Part shown: piece by piece, positions 1 to 9,224 of the stretch
How positions within the stretch are numbered: position 1 is the first letter of the stretch
Layout: each line of letters starts with the position of its first letter
Source: Escherichia phage 4E8
Sequence record: OQ689734.1
Length of the DNA: 64,000 nt
Strand: one strand, 5' to 3'
Notes under the pieces: model-generated
The model's input: the letters and a program-made list of their open reading frames with translations, nothing else
Database searches by the model: none
What the model was told of the DNA's origin: nothing
Made by a program: the position numbers and the translations under genes

Positions 1-36
1 GGCCTCTCATACCCTCCCAATTAATGAGTGAAATAA

Positions 37-132
37 ACGGGGTGAAAGTAATGGGTACTATATTACACGGGGCATTATTAACACGGGATAGGACACGGGG
101 GAAGGTTAGGACGTTCAGGCATGTTCACGGGG
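37..132. repeat. five dispersed copies of (A)CACGGGG in the non-coding leader
   Basis: copies at about 37, 66, 82, 94 and 126. Confidence 0.5.
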
Positions 133-550
133 AAAGGAGGAAGTGAGGGAATAGCCACAATTTTAATGAGGACTCCCCCTTTTTAGGAAACGCGCGGCGA
201 GCACCTAGCCCCATTCGGTCAAATCAGAATTTTAAACAGATATATACATCTTTATTTTTTATAAATCTGTATTTTAAACTGTTATATATAAGGTTAAGAG
301 AGAACTTAATGAACCTAATTAAAGTATTTAGACGGATGAAATGTAAGCATGATTACTATCTTCTTCGTAAAGCTTACGGGGATGAAAGAATACACGGGTT
401 GTATTTGTCAACATGGAAGTGTAAGGAATGTGGTAAGTTAAAGTTTAGTGAATGGGTGGACAGACCGTAATGGAATGGATATTCTGGTTAGTAATAATCT
501 TCTCCTTATTCATATGCTTCTCTATAGCAAGATGTATCAAATATGACTAA

Positions 551-675
551 GCCTTAACATGATAGGGCCTTTATAGGTATGCCTTAATGTGGGGTAGCCT
601 TTATGAAGTCCCCTTTACTTCAGCGTACATGGGTTTATACATGGGTGGGCCTTTAGATGAGTACGCCTTTATGGG
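551..675. repeat. six copies of GCCTT(T/A)A in the non-coding leader before the first ORF
   Basis: copies at about 551, 567, 581, 597, 649 and 665. Confidence 0.5.
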
Positions 676-708
676 TTGATCACTCTCGTTTATCAGAGGA
701 GAACAAAT

Positions 709-975
709 ATGTTTCTAGACTTTTTATCAGAGGTACTTCCCTACTTCCGCACTGAGACATGTGCATTCAAAGTTGAAGAAGATGGAGACACTGAAGTAAT
801 AACTTGTTTGGGTAGATTAGTAGACCTAGACGATGATGAAGATTTTGATGTTACAATAGATTTGAGTTCATTGGGTTGGTTGTATATGCGTTGCTTTATA
901 ACCTACAAACCTGAGACTTATAAAGATTATCGCTATAGTGATAACGTAAATACTGAAGGAGAGAATGATGAATAA
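709..975 (+). CDS. hypothetical protein; start moved to the ATG at 709, which has a GAGGAG Shine-Dalgarno sequence upstream
   Basis: ORF track 676..975; internal ATG preceded by gaggag; acidic protein, first gene after the repeat-rich leader. Confidence 0.4.
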   Translation: MFLDFLSEVLPYFRTETCAFKVEEDGDTEVITCLGRLVDLDDDEDFDVTIDLSSLGWLYMRCFITYKPETYKDYRYSDNVNTEGENDE

Positions 976-1624
976 CAATATGACAGGAACTAATACACTG
1001 AATGCAATCTATGAGAACATGGGATGTAAAGGCGAGGTTGTTTACAATGGTAATCTCCGACCTTTATCAGAGGATATTCTCTATCTGAATAGTGTTCATG
1101 AAACTACTGGAGGTAAATCTCGAGTTGAGATGGTAAAACAACTGGCTCATGGTTCTGTGTATGGGTATGCTCCTTCAACCCGTGAAATATGGGAAGGTTT
1201 GATTCCTCGTACAGAAGCTAAAGATGTGAAAGACTATTTCACTGTAGCAAAAGAAGTTAAACGTAAGTGTCCATCCAATTTAGAAGTTGTTCCGTATGTA
1301 GCTGACAGACATGCACACCTACCGGACTATGCCCGTGAGATGATTGAGATGATTGAAGAAGCCGAGTATGAAGCTCTGAATAATTATTTAAATTCAAAAG
1401 ATCAATGGTCACGTAATGTAGTAGTTGATGAAGAAGGTAATGAAGTAGTTACGTGGGTGCATGTTAGTGAACAAGCTCTGGACCCCGAGCTTGAAGAATA
1501 CAAAAAATTTTTGGCGTCCTCTTCTTTTGATGTAGAGAATGACAAGTCCGTTCCAGTTGGCTGGGAAGGTGAAACTGTAGCTCTCCAGACTTTGTTCAAC
1601 CTACACGTAGGTGATGTAGATTAA
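965..1624 (+). CDS. hypothetical protein
   Basis: 219 aa ORF with ggagag SD before the ATG; followed by a terminator hairpin. Confidence 0.5.
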   Translation: MMNNNMTGTNTLNAIYENMGCKGEVVYNGNLRPLSEDILYLNSVHETTGGKSRVEMVKQLAHGSVYGYAPSTREIWEGLIPRTEAKDVKDYFTVAKEVKRKCPSNLEVVPYVADRHAHLPDYAREMIEMIEEAEYEALNNYLNSKDQWSRNVVVDEEGNEVVTWVHVSEQALDPELEEYKKFLASSSFDVENDKSVPVGWEGETVALQTLFNLHVGDVD

Positions 1625-1635
1625 TAAAAGGTGTT

Positions 1636-1660
1636 GCCTCCTCTCGTGGGAGGCTTTTTG
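1636..1660 (+). terminator. rho-independent terminator-like hairpin (gcctcc...ggaggc + TTTTT)
   Basis: GC stem followed by a T-tract immediately after the stop of 965..1624. Confidence 0.5.
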
Positions 1661-1689
1661 TTATAACGATAATGTAGAAGGAGTATAAG

Positions 1690-2163
1690 ATGTTTGGAGA
1701 AAAAGGAGAACTCACGCCTGCACAGGTAGCTGAGATTACAGGAAGACTGCCCGGAGTAACGGAAGAACTTGAATCCAAGGGCATGGAACCAAGCACAGGG
1801 AAGTTCACTAAAGGTAATAAATTTGGACGTCCCAAAGGTAGTAGAGGTAAATTGACACAGCTCATGCTCGATCGTGTTGCTGCTAGTCATCTGTCTCCTG
1901 ATGAAGTGTTGATTCAGATTTATGAAGATCCAAATATTCCACCCGATCTTAGATTCAAGGCTGCAAGTAAAGTCGCTGATCTGGTATATCCTAAGGCAGC
2001 TTCTGTTGAGGTTAAGATTGAGGAAGAGAATGTAATCAACGAAGAATCATTGAATGCACAAATCAAGGACTTCTTGACTGGAGCACTTGGTGTCGACGTT
2101 ATGCCTCCAGAAGAAGACAACTCTGAGGACGCTGAAAAGGGGGAGGAAGCGGACGAGAGTTAA
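1690..2163 (+). CDS. putative terminase small subunit (by position and a basic GRPKGS segment)
   Basis: 157 aa ORF directly upstream of the large terminase; basic DNA-binding-like N-terminal part, acidic C-terminus; aaggag SD. Confidence 0.4.
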   Translation: MFGEKGELTPAQVAEITGRLPGVTEELESKGMEPSTGKFTKGNKFGRPKGSRGKLTQLMLDRVAASHLSPDEVLIQIYEDPNIPPDLRFKAASKVADLVYPKAASVEVKIEEENVINEESLNAQIKDFLTGALGVDVMPPEEDNSEDAEKGEEADES

Positions 2164-2324
2164 TTAAAGGAAACAGGGAGCTGTCGAAGATCATCTGATT
2201 AGCAATCTAAGGGTTGTTATAATTTTATTGCCACGATGATCTTTTGCAGTGTACCCTTGTAGTGGAGAGGGGAGGTTCTTTGACGAAGGGACTTTCCCTT
2301 TTCTATTTTTAAACTGGAGGAAGT

Positions 2325-3866
2325 ATGTCATTAGATAAACAAATTTATGAAGCTCTAACTGGTAACAACCTTAGTGTAGACGAAAAGAAAGCACTATTGA
2401 ATATGTTGAAAGAGCGTGACCAATGGAGGAAGTATAATAGGATTTTGTCTTTCAAGGCGTATGACTTCCAAAAGAAATTTTATGCAGCAGGATTGAAGCA
2501 TCGCTTTAGATTCTTGTGTGCAGCGAACCGTGTTGGTAAATCTTATAGCGAGGCATACGAGTTTGCTTGTCATGTCACAGGTCGCTATCCAACTTGGTGG
2601 ACAGGATATAAATTTAAAAGACCTATCCTTGCATGGGCAGTTGGTATTACAGGGGATTCCACAAGGAAAGTATTGCAAAAGGAATTGTTTGGTACACCTA
2701 TCGGAAAGGATACAAATTTATTAGGGACAGGTGTCATTCCTCGTGATGCTATCGTCATTGACACGATAGAGCGAGATGGTAACAAACTTCAAATCGTACA
2801 AATCAAACATCAAAATGAAAGAGGAGAGTTTGACGGTTTAAGTACATTAGAATTCCGTTCAACCCAACAGGGTGAACACACATTGATGGGTGCAACAGTT
2901 GACTACATTTGGTTAGACGAAGAAGATCCATATGAATCTATGGCAATCTTCTCTCAGTGCGTAACACGTACACTTACAACTAAAGGTTTAGTTACTATTA
3001 CAGCTACACCAGAGAACGGTTTAACAGAGCTGGTGGATAAGTTTATGAAAGGTGAAGGAGATGAGAACACAGGTTCTCTGTATTTCCAGAATGCTTCTTG
3101 GTGGGATGCTCATGTAGATTTAGGTGGACATATCACTGACCAAGATATTAAAGACATGACTGAAGGTATCCCAACATGGCAGTTAGAGATGCGTTCAAAA
3201 GGTATGCCGTTGCTTGGTTCTGGTTTAATTTATGATGTATCAGATGACATGATTAAGTGTGATCCCTTTGAGATACCTGATACGTGGAAACGTGTTTGTG
3301 CTATTGATATTGGTATCGATCACCCGACAGCCGCTGTTTGGACAGCATATGATGCTAACACTGATACGATTTATGTTTATGACTGCTATAAAGAAGGTGG
3401 ATTTACTCCGGTGTATCATGCACCAGCTATTAATGGTCGTGGTCAGTGGATTCCAGTTATTCTTCCTCACGATGCCGATAATATTGAGAAGGGAAGTGGT
3501 TCGTCTGTTGCTCAATTCTATAAGAATGCAGGGGTTAATGTACAGAGTGAGACCTTCTACAACAAGATTGGAATGGATGGTAAGAAGAACTTCTTTGTAG
3601 AGCCGGGAATTACTGATATTCGTGAACGTATGATGTCAGGTCGTTTTAAAATCTTTAACATTGCTTCATGTGCTAAACTCTTTGAAGAGAAAGCTCGCTA
3701 TCACCGTAAGGTTGGCAAGATTGTTAAGGAACATGATGACTTGATGGATGCTATGCGATATTCAGCTTGTTCTGTAACACATCGTGGACGTAGTAAGCAT
3801 GATGCTAGTTATGGTAGTTCATCGCTTTATCAAGACAATATTAACAGATGGAATCAGACCTACTAA
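2325..3866 (+). CDS. terL: terminase large subunit
   Basis: 513 aa; Walker A-like FLCAANRVGKSY and Walker B-like IWLDEED in the N-terminal ATPase part; C-terminal nuclease-sized domain; located at the head of the morphogenesis module. Confidence 0.85.
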   Translation: MSLDKQIYEALTGNNLSVDEKKALLNMLKERDQWRKYNRILSFKAYDFQKKFYAAGLKHRFRFLCAANRVGKSYSEAYEFACHVTGRYPTWWTGYKFKRPILAWAVGITGDSTRKVLQKELFGTPIGKDTNLLGTGVIPRDAIVIDTIERDGNKLQIVQIKHQNERGEFDGLSTLEFRSTQQGEHTLMGATVDYIWLDEEDPYESMAIFSQCVTRTLTTKGLVTITATPENGLTELVDKFMKGEGDENTGSLYFQNASWWDAHVDLGGHITDQDIKDMTEGIPTWQLEMRSKGMPLLGSGLIYDVSDDMIKCDPFEIPDTWKRVCAIDIGIDHPTAAVWTAYDANTDTIYVYDCYKEGGFTPVYHAPAINGRGQWIPVILPHDADNIEKGSGSSVAQFYKNAGVNVQSETFYNKIGMDGKKNFFVEPGITDIRERMMSGRFKIFNIASCAKLFEEKARYHRKVGKIVKEHDDLMDAMRYSACSVTHRGRSKHDASYGSSSLYQDNINRWNQTY

Positions 3867-3871
3867 AAATA

Positions 3872-3895
3872 GGGGAGGCTTTATCCTCCCTTTAG
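3872..3895 (+). terminator. weak terminator-like hairpin (gggagg...cctccc + TTT)
   Basis: short GC stem with a short T-run after the terL stop. Confidence 0.3.
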
Positions 3896-3931
3896 TAGTT
3901 CCTTCCAAGCTATCACCGAGGGAGAGATTAG

Positions 3932-6175
3932 ATGGCTAAGAAGAAATTTAGTGAAGATGTTTTGGATGAATTACGCGTTGACCTTCAACGTCGATTCAAT
4001 TATGCTCAAGGTTATGTAGACTTAGCTGTAAAAGGCTATGCTCGTGAGGCTTGGGAATACTTCTATGGGAACCTTCCTGCTCCAGTTACTGCTGGTAGCT
4101 CTAGTTGGGTAGACCGTACGGTATGGGAATCAGTGAATGGTACGCTCCAAGATATCATTAACGTGTTCTGTTCTGGTGACGAAGCGGTAACTTTCGTAGC
4201 CGATAACCAAGAAGACAGTGATGCTGCTGACGTAGCCACTAAACTTGTCAACCAAATTTTGTTACGTGATAATCCGGGATACAATATTATCTCTTCAGCG
4301 GCACAAGAGTGTCTGGTTACACGTAACTCTTTTATTAAATATTATTGGGATGAACAGACTTCTACTCAAACAGAAGAAGCAGAGGGTGTTCCTCCGGAAG
4401 CTTTGGCTGCATATGTCCAAGGTTTAGAAGCTGGTGGGCTTCAAGATTTAGAAATCTTTACCACTGACAACGAAGATGGTACAGTGGATGTTAAAGTAAC
4501 TTACAAACAAACAGTAAAACGCGTTAAAGTAGAATATGTTCCTTCAGAACAGATTTTTGTTGACGAACATGCTACCTCTTTTGCAGATGCTCAGTATTTC
4601 TGTCATCGCACACGTAAATCTAAAGAAGATCTGGTTGCTATGGGCTTCCCTAAAGATGAAATTGAAGCTTTTAATGACTGGACTGATACAATGGACACCA
4701 CTCAATCTACTGTTGCATGGTCACGTACTGACTGGCGTCAGGATATAGATTCAGATATCGGTGTAGACACTGATGATATCGCTTCTATGGTTTGGGTTTA
4801 TGAACATTACATCCGTACTGGTGTACTGGATAAGAATAAAGAAGCAAAACTCTATCAGGTTATTCAAGCAGGCGAGCATATTCTCTCTTGTGAAGAAGTA
4901 ACTAGCATTCCTTTTGTAACATTCTGCCCTTATCCTATTCCGGGTTCATTCTATGGACAGTCGGTTTATGATATTACTAAAGATATTCAGGATTTGCGTA
5001 CCGCTTTGGTTCGTGGTTATATCGATAACGTAAACAATGCTAACTATGGTCGTTATAAGGCTCTTGTAGGTGCTTATGACCGTCGTTCTCTACTGGATAA
5101 CCGTCCGGGTGGTGTAGTAGAAATGGAGCGTCAGGATGCGATTGATCTCTTCCCTTACCACAATCTACCTCAGGGTATTGATGGCTTACTAGGAATGTCA
5201 GATGAGTTGAAAGAGACTCGTACTGGTGTTACTAAACTTGGTATGGGTATTAACCCTGATGTGTTTAAGAATGATAACGCATATGCAACTGTTGGATTGA
5301 TGATGAATGCTGCTCAGAACCGTCTCCGTATGGTCTGTCGTAACATTGCTCACAACGGTATGGTTGAATTGATGCGTGGTATTTATAATTTAGTCCGAGA
5401 AAATGGTGAGGTTCCTTTACAAGTACAAACCCCTCGTGGTATGGTTCAGGTTCATCCTAAACAACTGCCTGCTCGTCACAATCTACAAGTTGTTGTAGCT
5501 ATCTCTCCTAGCGAGAAATCAGAACGTGCACAGAAACTCATTAGTCTGAAGCAATTAATTGCTGCTGATGCTCAGTTAGCACCTCTGTTTACTCTGGAGC
5601 AAGATCGTTACATGACTGCACAGATCTTCGAGTTGATGGGAATTAAAGACACTCACAAATACTTAATGCCTCTGGAACAGTATCAACCGCCAGAACCTTC
5701 TCCGATGGAAATCCTCCAGCTTGAGATGACTAAAGCACAGGTTGAGAACGTACAGGCTTCTTCTCAGAAGATGATTGCTGATGCATTCGACCAGCGTGAA
5801 CGCACTACGTTTGAACAGCAGAAAGCTGCGGACGAGTTCAGCTTACGTCAAGAAGAACTGCAATTTAAGCAAGAGAATGCTGCTGATCAGATGACTTTGG
5901 AGAATCGTAAAGAAGACAACAGTGCTACACTTGAACAGGCTAAGCACAAGTTGGCTCTGCTCCAGCAACAGGTCCGTCAGTATGAATCTGTACTTAAAGA
6001 ATTGCAGATGACTCTTAATCATCAGGTCGATGTTGAGAAAGTTGCAAATCAGGCTAAGATTCAAGATAAGACTTTGGAACTCCAAAAGAAAGAAGCAAAT
6101 GAAACTAAGAAAGAACAGCAGAGTTCAATCAAAGATTCACGGATTCCTAACCGTCGTCTTGGTAGTAGAAAATAA
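3932..6175 (+). CDS. portal protein (positional call)
   Basis: 747 aa ORF immediately after terL, good SD; C-terminal coiled-coil/charged tail; no specific motif recognised. Confidence 0.55.
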   Translation: MAKKKFSEDVLDELRVDLQRRFNYAQGYVDLAVKGYAREAWEYFYGNLPAPVTAGSSSWVDRTVWESVNGTLQDIINVFCSGDEAVTFVADNQEDSDAADVATKLVNQILLRDNPGYNIISSAAQECLVTRNSFIKYYWDEQTSTQTEEAEGVPPEALAAYVQGLEAGGLQDLEIFTTDNEDGTVDVKVTYKQTVKRVKVEYVPSEQIFVDEHATSFADAQYFCHRTRKSKEDLVAMGFPKDEIEAFNDWTDTMDTTQSTVAWSRTDWRQDIDSDIGVDTDDIASMVWVYEHYIRTGVLDKNKEAKLYQVIQAGEHILSCEEVTSIPFVTFCPYPIPGSFYGQSVYDITKDIQDLRTALVRGYIDNVNNANYGRYKALVGAYDRRSLLDNRPGGVVEMERQDAIDLFPYHNLPQGIDGLLGMSDELKETRTGVTKLGMGINPDVFKNDNAYATVGLMMNAAQNRLRMVCRNIAHNGMVELMRGIYNLVRENGEVPLQVQTPRGMVQVHPKQLPARHNLQVVVAISPSEKSERAQKLISLKQLIAADAQLAPLFTLEQDRYMTAQIFELMGIKDTHKYLMPLEQYQPPEPSPMEILQLEMTKAQVENVQASSQKMIADAFDQRERTTFEQQKAADEFSLRQEELQFKQENAADQMTLENRKEDNSATLEQAKHKLALLQQQVRQYESVLKELQMTLNHQVDVEKVANQAKIQDKTLELQKKEANETKKEQQSSIKDSRIPNRRLGSRK

Positions 6176-6184
6176 GGATACTGA

Positions 6185-6421
6185 ATGAATACAAGACAGC
6201 AATTCAATAAAGAGCACGCCGCCGCTTTGGCGGCTCTCAATCACAACGGCATTCTTGACGCAGCATTAGAGGCATTAAAAGAAACCCTCATGAGAGATAT
6301 TGTATTAACCGAGGCTCATGAGAATAAGAAACGCGAAGAGTGTTATCAAAAGTATAAAATGGTTGGTAGCTTAAAAGAGGTCATAAAAGCTGCTATCAAT
6401 AATGCAGGAGATATTTCCTAA
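6185..6421 (+). CDS. hypothetical small protein
   Basis: 78 aa ORF between portal and scaffold, SD aagga. Confidence 0.4.
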   Translation: MNTRQQFNKEHAAALAALNHNGILDAALEALKETLMRDIVLTEAHENKKREECYQKYKMVGSLKEVIKAAINNAGDIS

Positions 6422-7503
6422 TGGCAAATGATTATATTGACCCGAACGATTTTAAATCTTTCCTCCAACTAGACGACTTAAAAGGCTCCTTCAAAGAAGA
6501 GCTTAGTCAATTAGAATCAGAACGTGAACCAGAAGTGAACATTGATGATGAATTCCCAGAACAGTCTGAGACTTTTGATCTTGATGCTTCCGACCTTCTC
6601 GGTGATGACGACACGTTAGCGTTCGAAGATGAAGATGGTTGGGAAGATCGTGAAGAGGAAGGCGAAGAAGAAGAGGAAGAGTCTGAGTTCTCTGATGAAG
6701 ACGATGAAGAAGATGATTCCGGTGAAGCAGATCACGATGAAGCTGCTAACAGTGATGAAGATGGCGAAGAAGGTGAAGTCTTTGACGTAGATTATGAAAC
6801 TGTTATCACCCTTCCTGATGGTCGTGAGATGACTATTGAAGAGTTGTCTAATGGCTATTTGACTGGTGCAGAAATGTCCGAACGTGAGACTACTTTGCAG
6901 CGTCATGTTGAAGCTTTTGAAGAACGTGTTGCTGGCTTGGGGGATGTATTAGAACTAGCTGCCCTAGAAGCAGACCGAGTAATTGAAGATTACAACGGTT
7001 TTGATTGGGACAAACTCGCACAAGAAGATCCTCAAGCTTATGTAGAAAATAAACGTTTCTTAGAAAAATATACAGCTCGTCGCCAACAGCTTGAACAAGC
7101 TCAGCTTAAAATCAAGCAAGAAGCACTAGCAAAAGAACAACAGCTCTTCCAAGCTAAATGTACTGAGTGTGTAAGCGTACTTAAACGTGAGATTCCTAAT
7201 TGGGATGACAACTTGTATCAGAACCTGATGCAGTATGCAATCGACTTAGGTGCTACAGAAGAAGAAGTGCTGAAAGAGAACCGTCCGTCAATCTTCCTAG
7301 CTCTACACAAAGCATACCAGTTTGATAAAGGTAAGCAGCAGGTGATGGCTAAGATTAAACGTCCCGGCTCTCCACGCAAGGTTGTGAAGTCCGATGCTTC
7401 TAAGTCTCGTTCTTCCAATACGCCAGACAACGCTAAGGTTGCCAAGGCATTCTCAGAGGGTCGTATTCGTCACGAAGACGCATTTAAGTATCTCGTAGAT
7501 TAA
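6421..7503 (+). CDS. putative head scaffolding protein
   Basis: 360 aa, extremely acidic D/E-rich N-terminal half and coiled-coil C-terminal half; sits between portal and major capsid. Confidence 0.5.
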   Translation: MANDYIDPNDFKSFLQLDDLKGSFKEELSQLESEREPEVNIDDEFPEQSETFDLDASDLLGDDDTLAFEDEDGWEDREEEGEEEEEESEFSDEDDEEDDSGEADHDEAANSDEDGEEGEVFDVDYETVITLPDGREMTIEELSNGYLTGAEMSERETTLQRHVEAFEERVAGLGDVLELAALEADRVIEDYNGFDWDKLAQEDPQAYVENKRFLEKYTARRQQLEQAQLKIKQEALAKEQQLFQAKCTECVSVLKREIPNWDDNLYQNLMQYAIDLGATEEEVLKENRPSIFLALHKAYQFDKGKQQVMAKIKRPGSPRKVVKSDASKSRSSNTPDNAKVAKAFSEGRIRHEDAFKYLVD

Positions 7504-7543
7504 TCGACAAATTTATTTTTAATAGTATAGGAGCTAATATAAC

Positions 7544-8599
7544 ATGGCAAATCCAACTTTATTTGTATCTTACGACCAGAATGGTAAAAAACTTTCTTTT
7601 GCTAACTGGATTTCTGTCCTGTCTCCGCAAGACACTCCGTTTGTGTCTATGACTGGTAAAGAGTCTATCAATCAGACTATTTTCAGCTGGCAAACCGATG
7701 CTCTGGCGAGCGTAGATGCTAACAACGCCCACGTCGAAGGCTCTCGTGCTGAAGACGGCGAAATGAAACCTACTGTAATCAAGTCCAACGTTACTCAGAT
7801 CCTGCGTAAAGTTGTTCGTGTTTCTGATACTGCTAACACCACCGCTAACTACGGTCGTGGTCGTGAACTGATGTATCAGCTGGAGAAGAAAGGTAAAGAG
7901 ATTAAACGTGACCTCGAGAAAATCCTGCTGTCCGGTCAGGCTCGTACCGATATTCTGGCAGACCAGTATCTGACCAACTCTGCAACTGATCCTGCTGTTG
8001 TAGGTAAGAATGATACATCAGCTGCTCGTAAGACTGGTGCTTTCCAGTTCCTGTGTGCACACAATGGTGTTGCTGGTGGTGTTGTTAAGAAAGAAGATGG
8101 TCCTGCTGACCCGGATACTGGTGCAGTAACTGTTAAAGTTGCACAGAATGCTTCTAACCCGACTACTAACATCGGTTTTGATGAAGCTGATATCTTTGAT
8201 ATGACTCTGCAATTGTATACCGCTGGTTCTGAAGCAGACATCATCATGATTAACCCTGCTCACGCTAGTATCTTTGCTAAGCTTCAGGAAAACTCTGTTG
8301 GTTCTCGTCAGCGTATCTTTGAGAACACCAAACAGTTCATCTATGAAGTTAACAGCATCACTGACCCGCTGGGCCAGAGCTATAAAATCATCGTTAACCG
8401 TTGGATGCCTGCTGATGCAGTTTACTTCTTCCGCAGCTCTGACTGGACTCAGATGGTTCTTCGTGCTCCGAAACGTACTGAACTGGCTAAAGATGGTTCT
8501 TACGAGAAGTGGATGATTGAAATGGAAGTTGGTCTGCGTCACCGCAACCCGTATGCTTCCGGCGTTCTGTTCACTGCTGCGGGAAAGGCGGCGGCGTAA
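7544..8599 (+). CDS. major capsid protein (zero-frame product)
   Basis: 351 aa after scaffold; highly biased, highly-expressed-like codon usage (ctg, cgt, ggt); strong terminator downstream; carries a frameshift site near its 3' end. Confidence 0.6.
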   Translation: MANPTLFVSYDQNGKKLSFANWISVLSPQDTPFVSMTGKESINQTIFSWQTDALASVDANNAHVEGSRAEDGEMKPTVIKSNVTQILRKVVRVSDTANTTANYGRGRELMYQLEKKGKEIKRDLEKILLSGQARTDILADQYLTNSATDPAVVGKNDTSAARKTGAFQFLCAHNGVAGGVVKKEDGPADPDTGAVTVKVAQNASNPTTNIGFDEADIFDMTLQLYTAGSEADIIMINPAHASIFAKLQENSVGSRQRIFENTKQFIYEVNSITDPLGQSYKIIVNRWMPADAVYFFRSSDWTQMVLRAPKRTELAKDGSYEKWMIEMEVGLRHRNPYASGVLFTAAGKAAA

Positions 8600-9123
8600 C
8601 AGTAGACAGTGTGACTGTTAGCCCTGCGTCTTTAGCAAGCCTAGAGACAGGGGCTACTCGGCAGTTCACTGCAAGCGCGGAGAAAAGTGATGGTTCTACC
8701 GAAACAACTGGCTTTACTTGGTCAGTGACAGGAGGTGGTTCTATCACTCAGTCGGGTTTGTATACTGCTCCGAGTGCGTCTCAATCCACTGATGTATCCA
8801 TTACTGCAACTTTAGAAGGTGTTTCTGGTACAGCAACCATTTCTGAAATTGTTGCTCCTGCTCCTACTATTGTAGCTAAGGGTCCAATTACGGGTAAAAC
8901 TGGTGGTTCTTCCACTAACTTCACTACCATGTTTACTGTAACTAATTCTACTGCTGCGGATTACACGTTTGTTGTAACCCCTACAGAAGCTGGTACAGTA
9001 AGCGCCGCTGGTGCGTTAACCTTAGATGCTGCTGCAAGTGGCGAAGTTACTGTTCAAGCAAGTTTGACAGCTGACCCATCCATCAATGCAACATGCACTT
9101 TTACTGGTGTAACACCTGCTTAA
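7544..9123 (+). CDS. predicted frameshift-extended capsid protein with C-terminal Big_2-type Ig-like domain(s), about 526 aa
   Basis: -1 frame after the slip reads GGGVTVDSVTVSPASLASLETGATRQFTAS..., a Big_2-like motif beginning exactly at the junction; the stand-alone ORF 8611..9123 starts with GTG and has no SD. Confidence 0.45.
8581..8587 (+). other. candidate -1 programmed ribosomal frameshift slippery heptamer G_GGA_AAG
   Basis: X_XXY_YYZ heptamer in the capsid zero frame 11 nt before the capsid stop; the -1 frame is open from 8521 to 9123. Confidence 0.5.
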
Positions 9124-9130
9124 AACTAGA

Positions 9131-9156
9131 CCCTGCCTTCGGGCGGGGTTTTTTCG
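9131..9156 (+). terminator. rho-independent terminator (ccctgcc TTCG ggcgggg + TTTTTT)
   Basis: GC stem with UUCG tetraloop and a 6-T run after the capsid/Ig ORF. Confidence 0.6.
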
Positions 9157-9224
9157 TTTTAAGACCTATACAAGCTAGTGTGTAATGTATATTCTTTGTC
9201 TACATACAACTAGGAGGACAATCT

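Noticed and set aside
1402-2120. Antisense ORFs overlapping plus-strand structural genes (e.g. 1402..1599, 1596..1865, 1621..1890, 1920..2120, and similar ones throughout 2.3-30 kb)
   Set aside because: Embedded opposite strongly supported genes, low-complexity Ser/Leu-rich translations, no ribosome-binding sites; typical shadow ORFs
8611-9123. Stand-alone 170-aa ORF (GTG start) encoding an Ig-like protein
   Set aside because: No Shine-Dalgarno sequence, the start would truncate the Big_2 domain, and the frame is continuous with a GGGAAAG slippery site in the capsid gene; treated as a frameshift extension of the capsid
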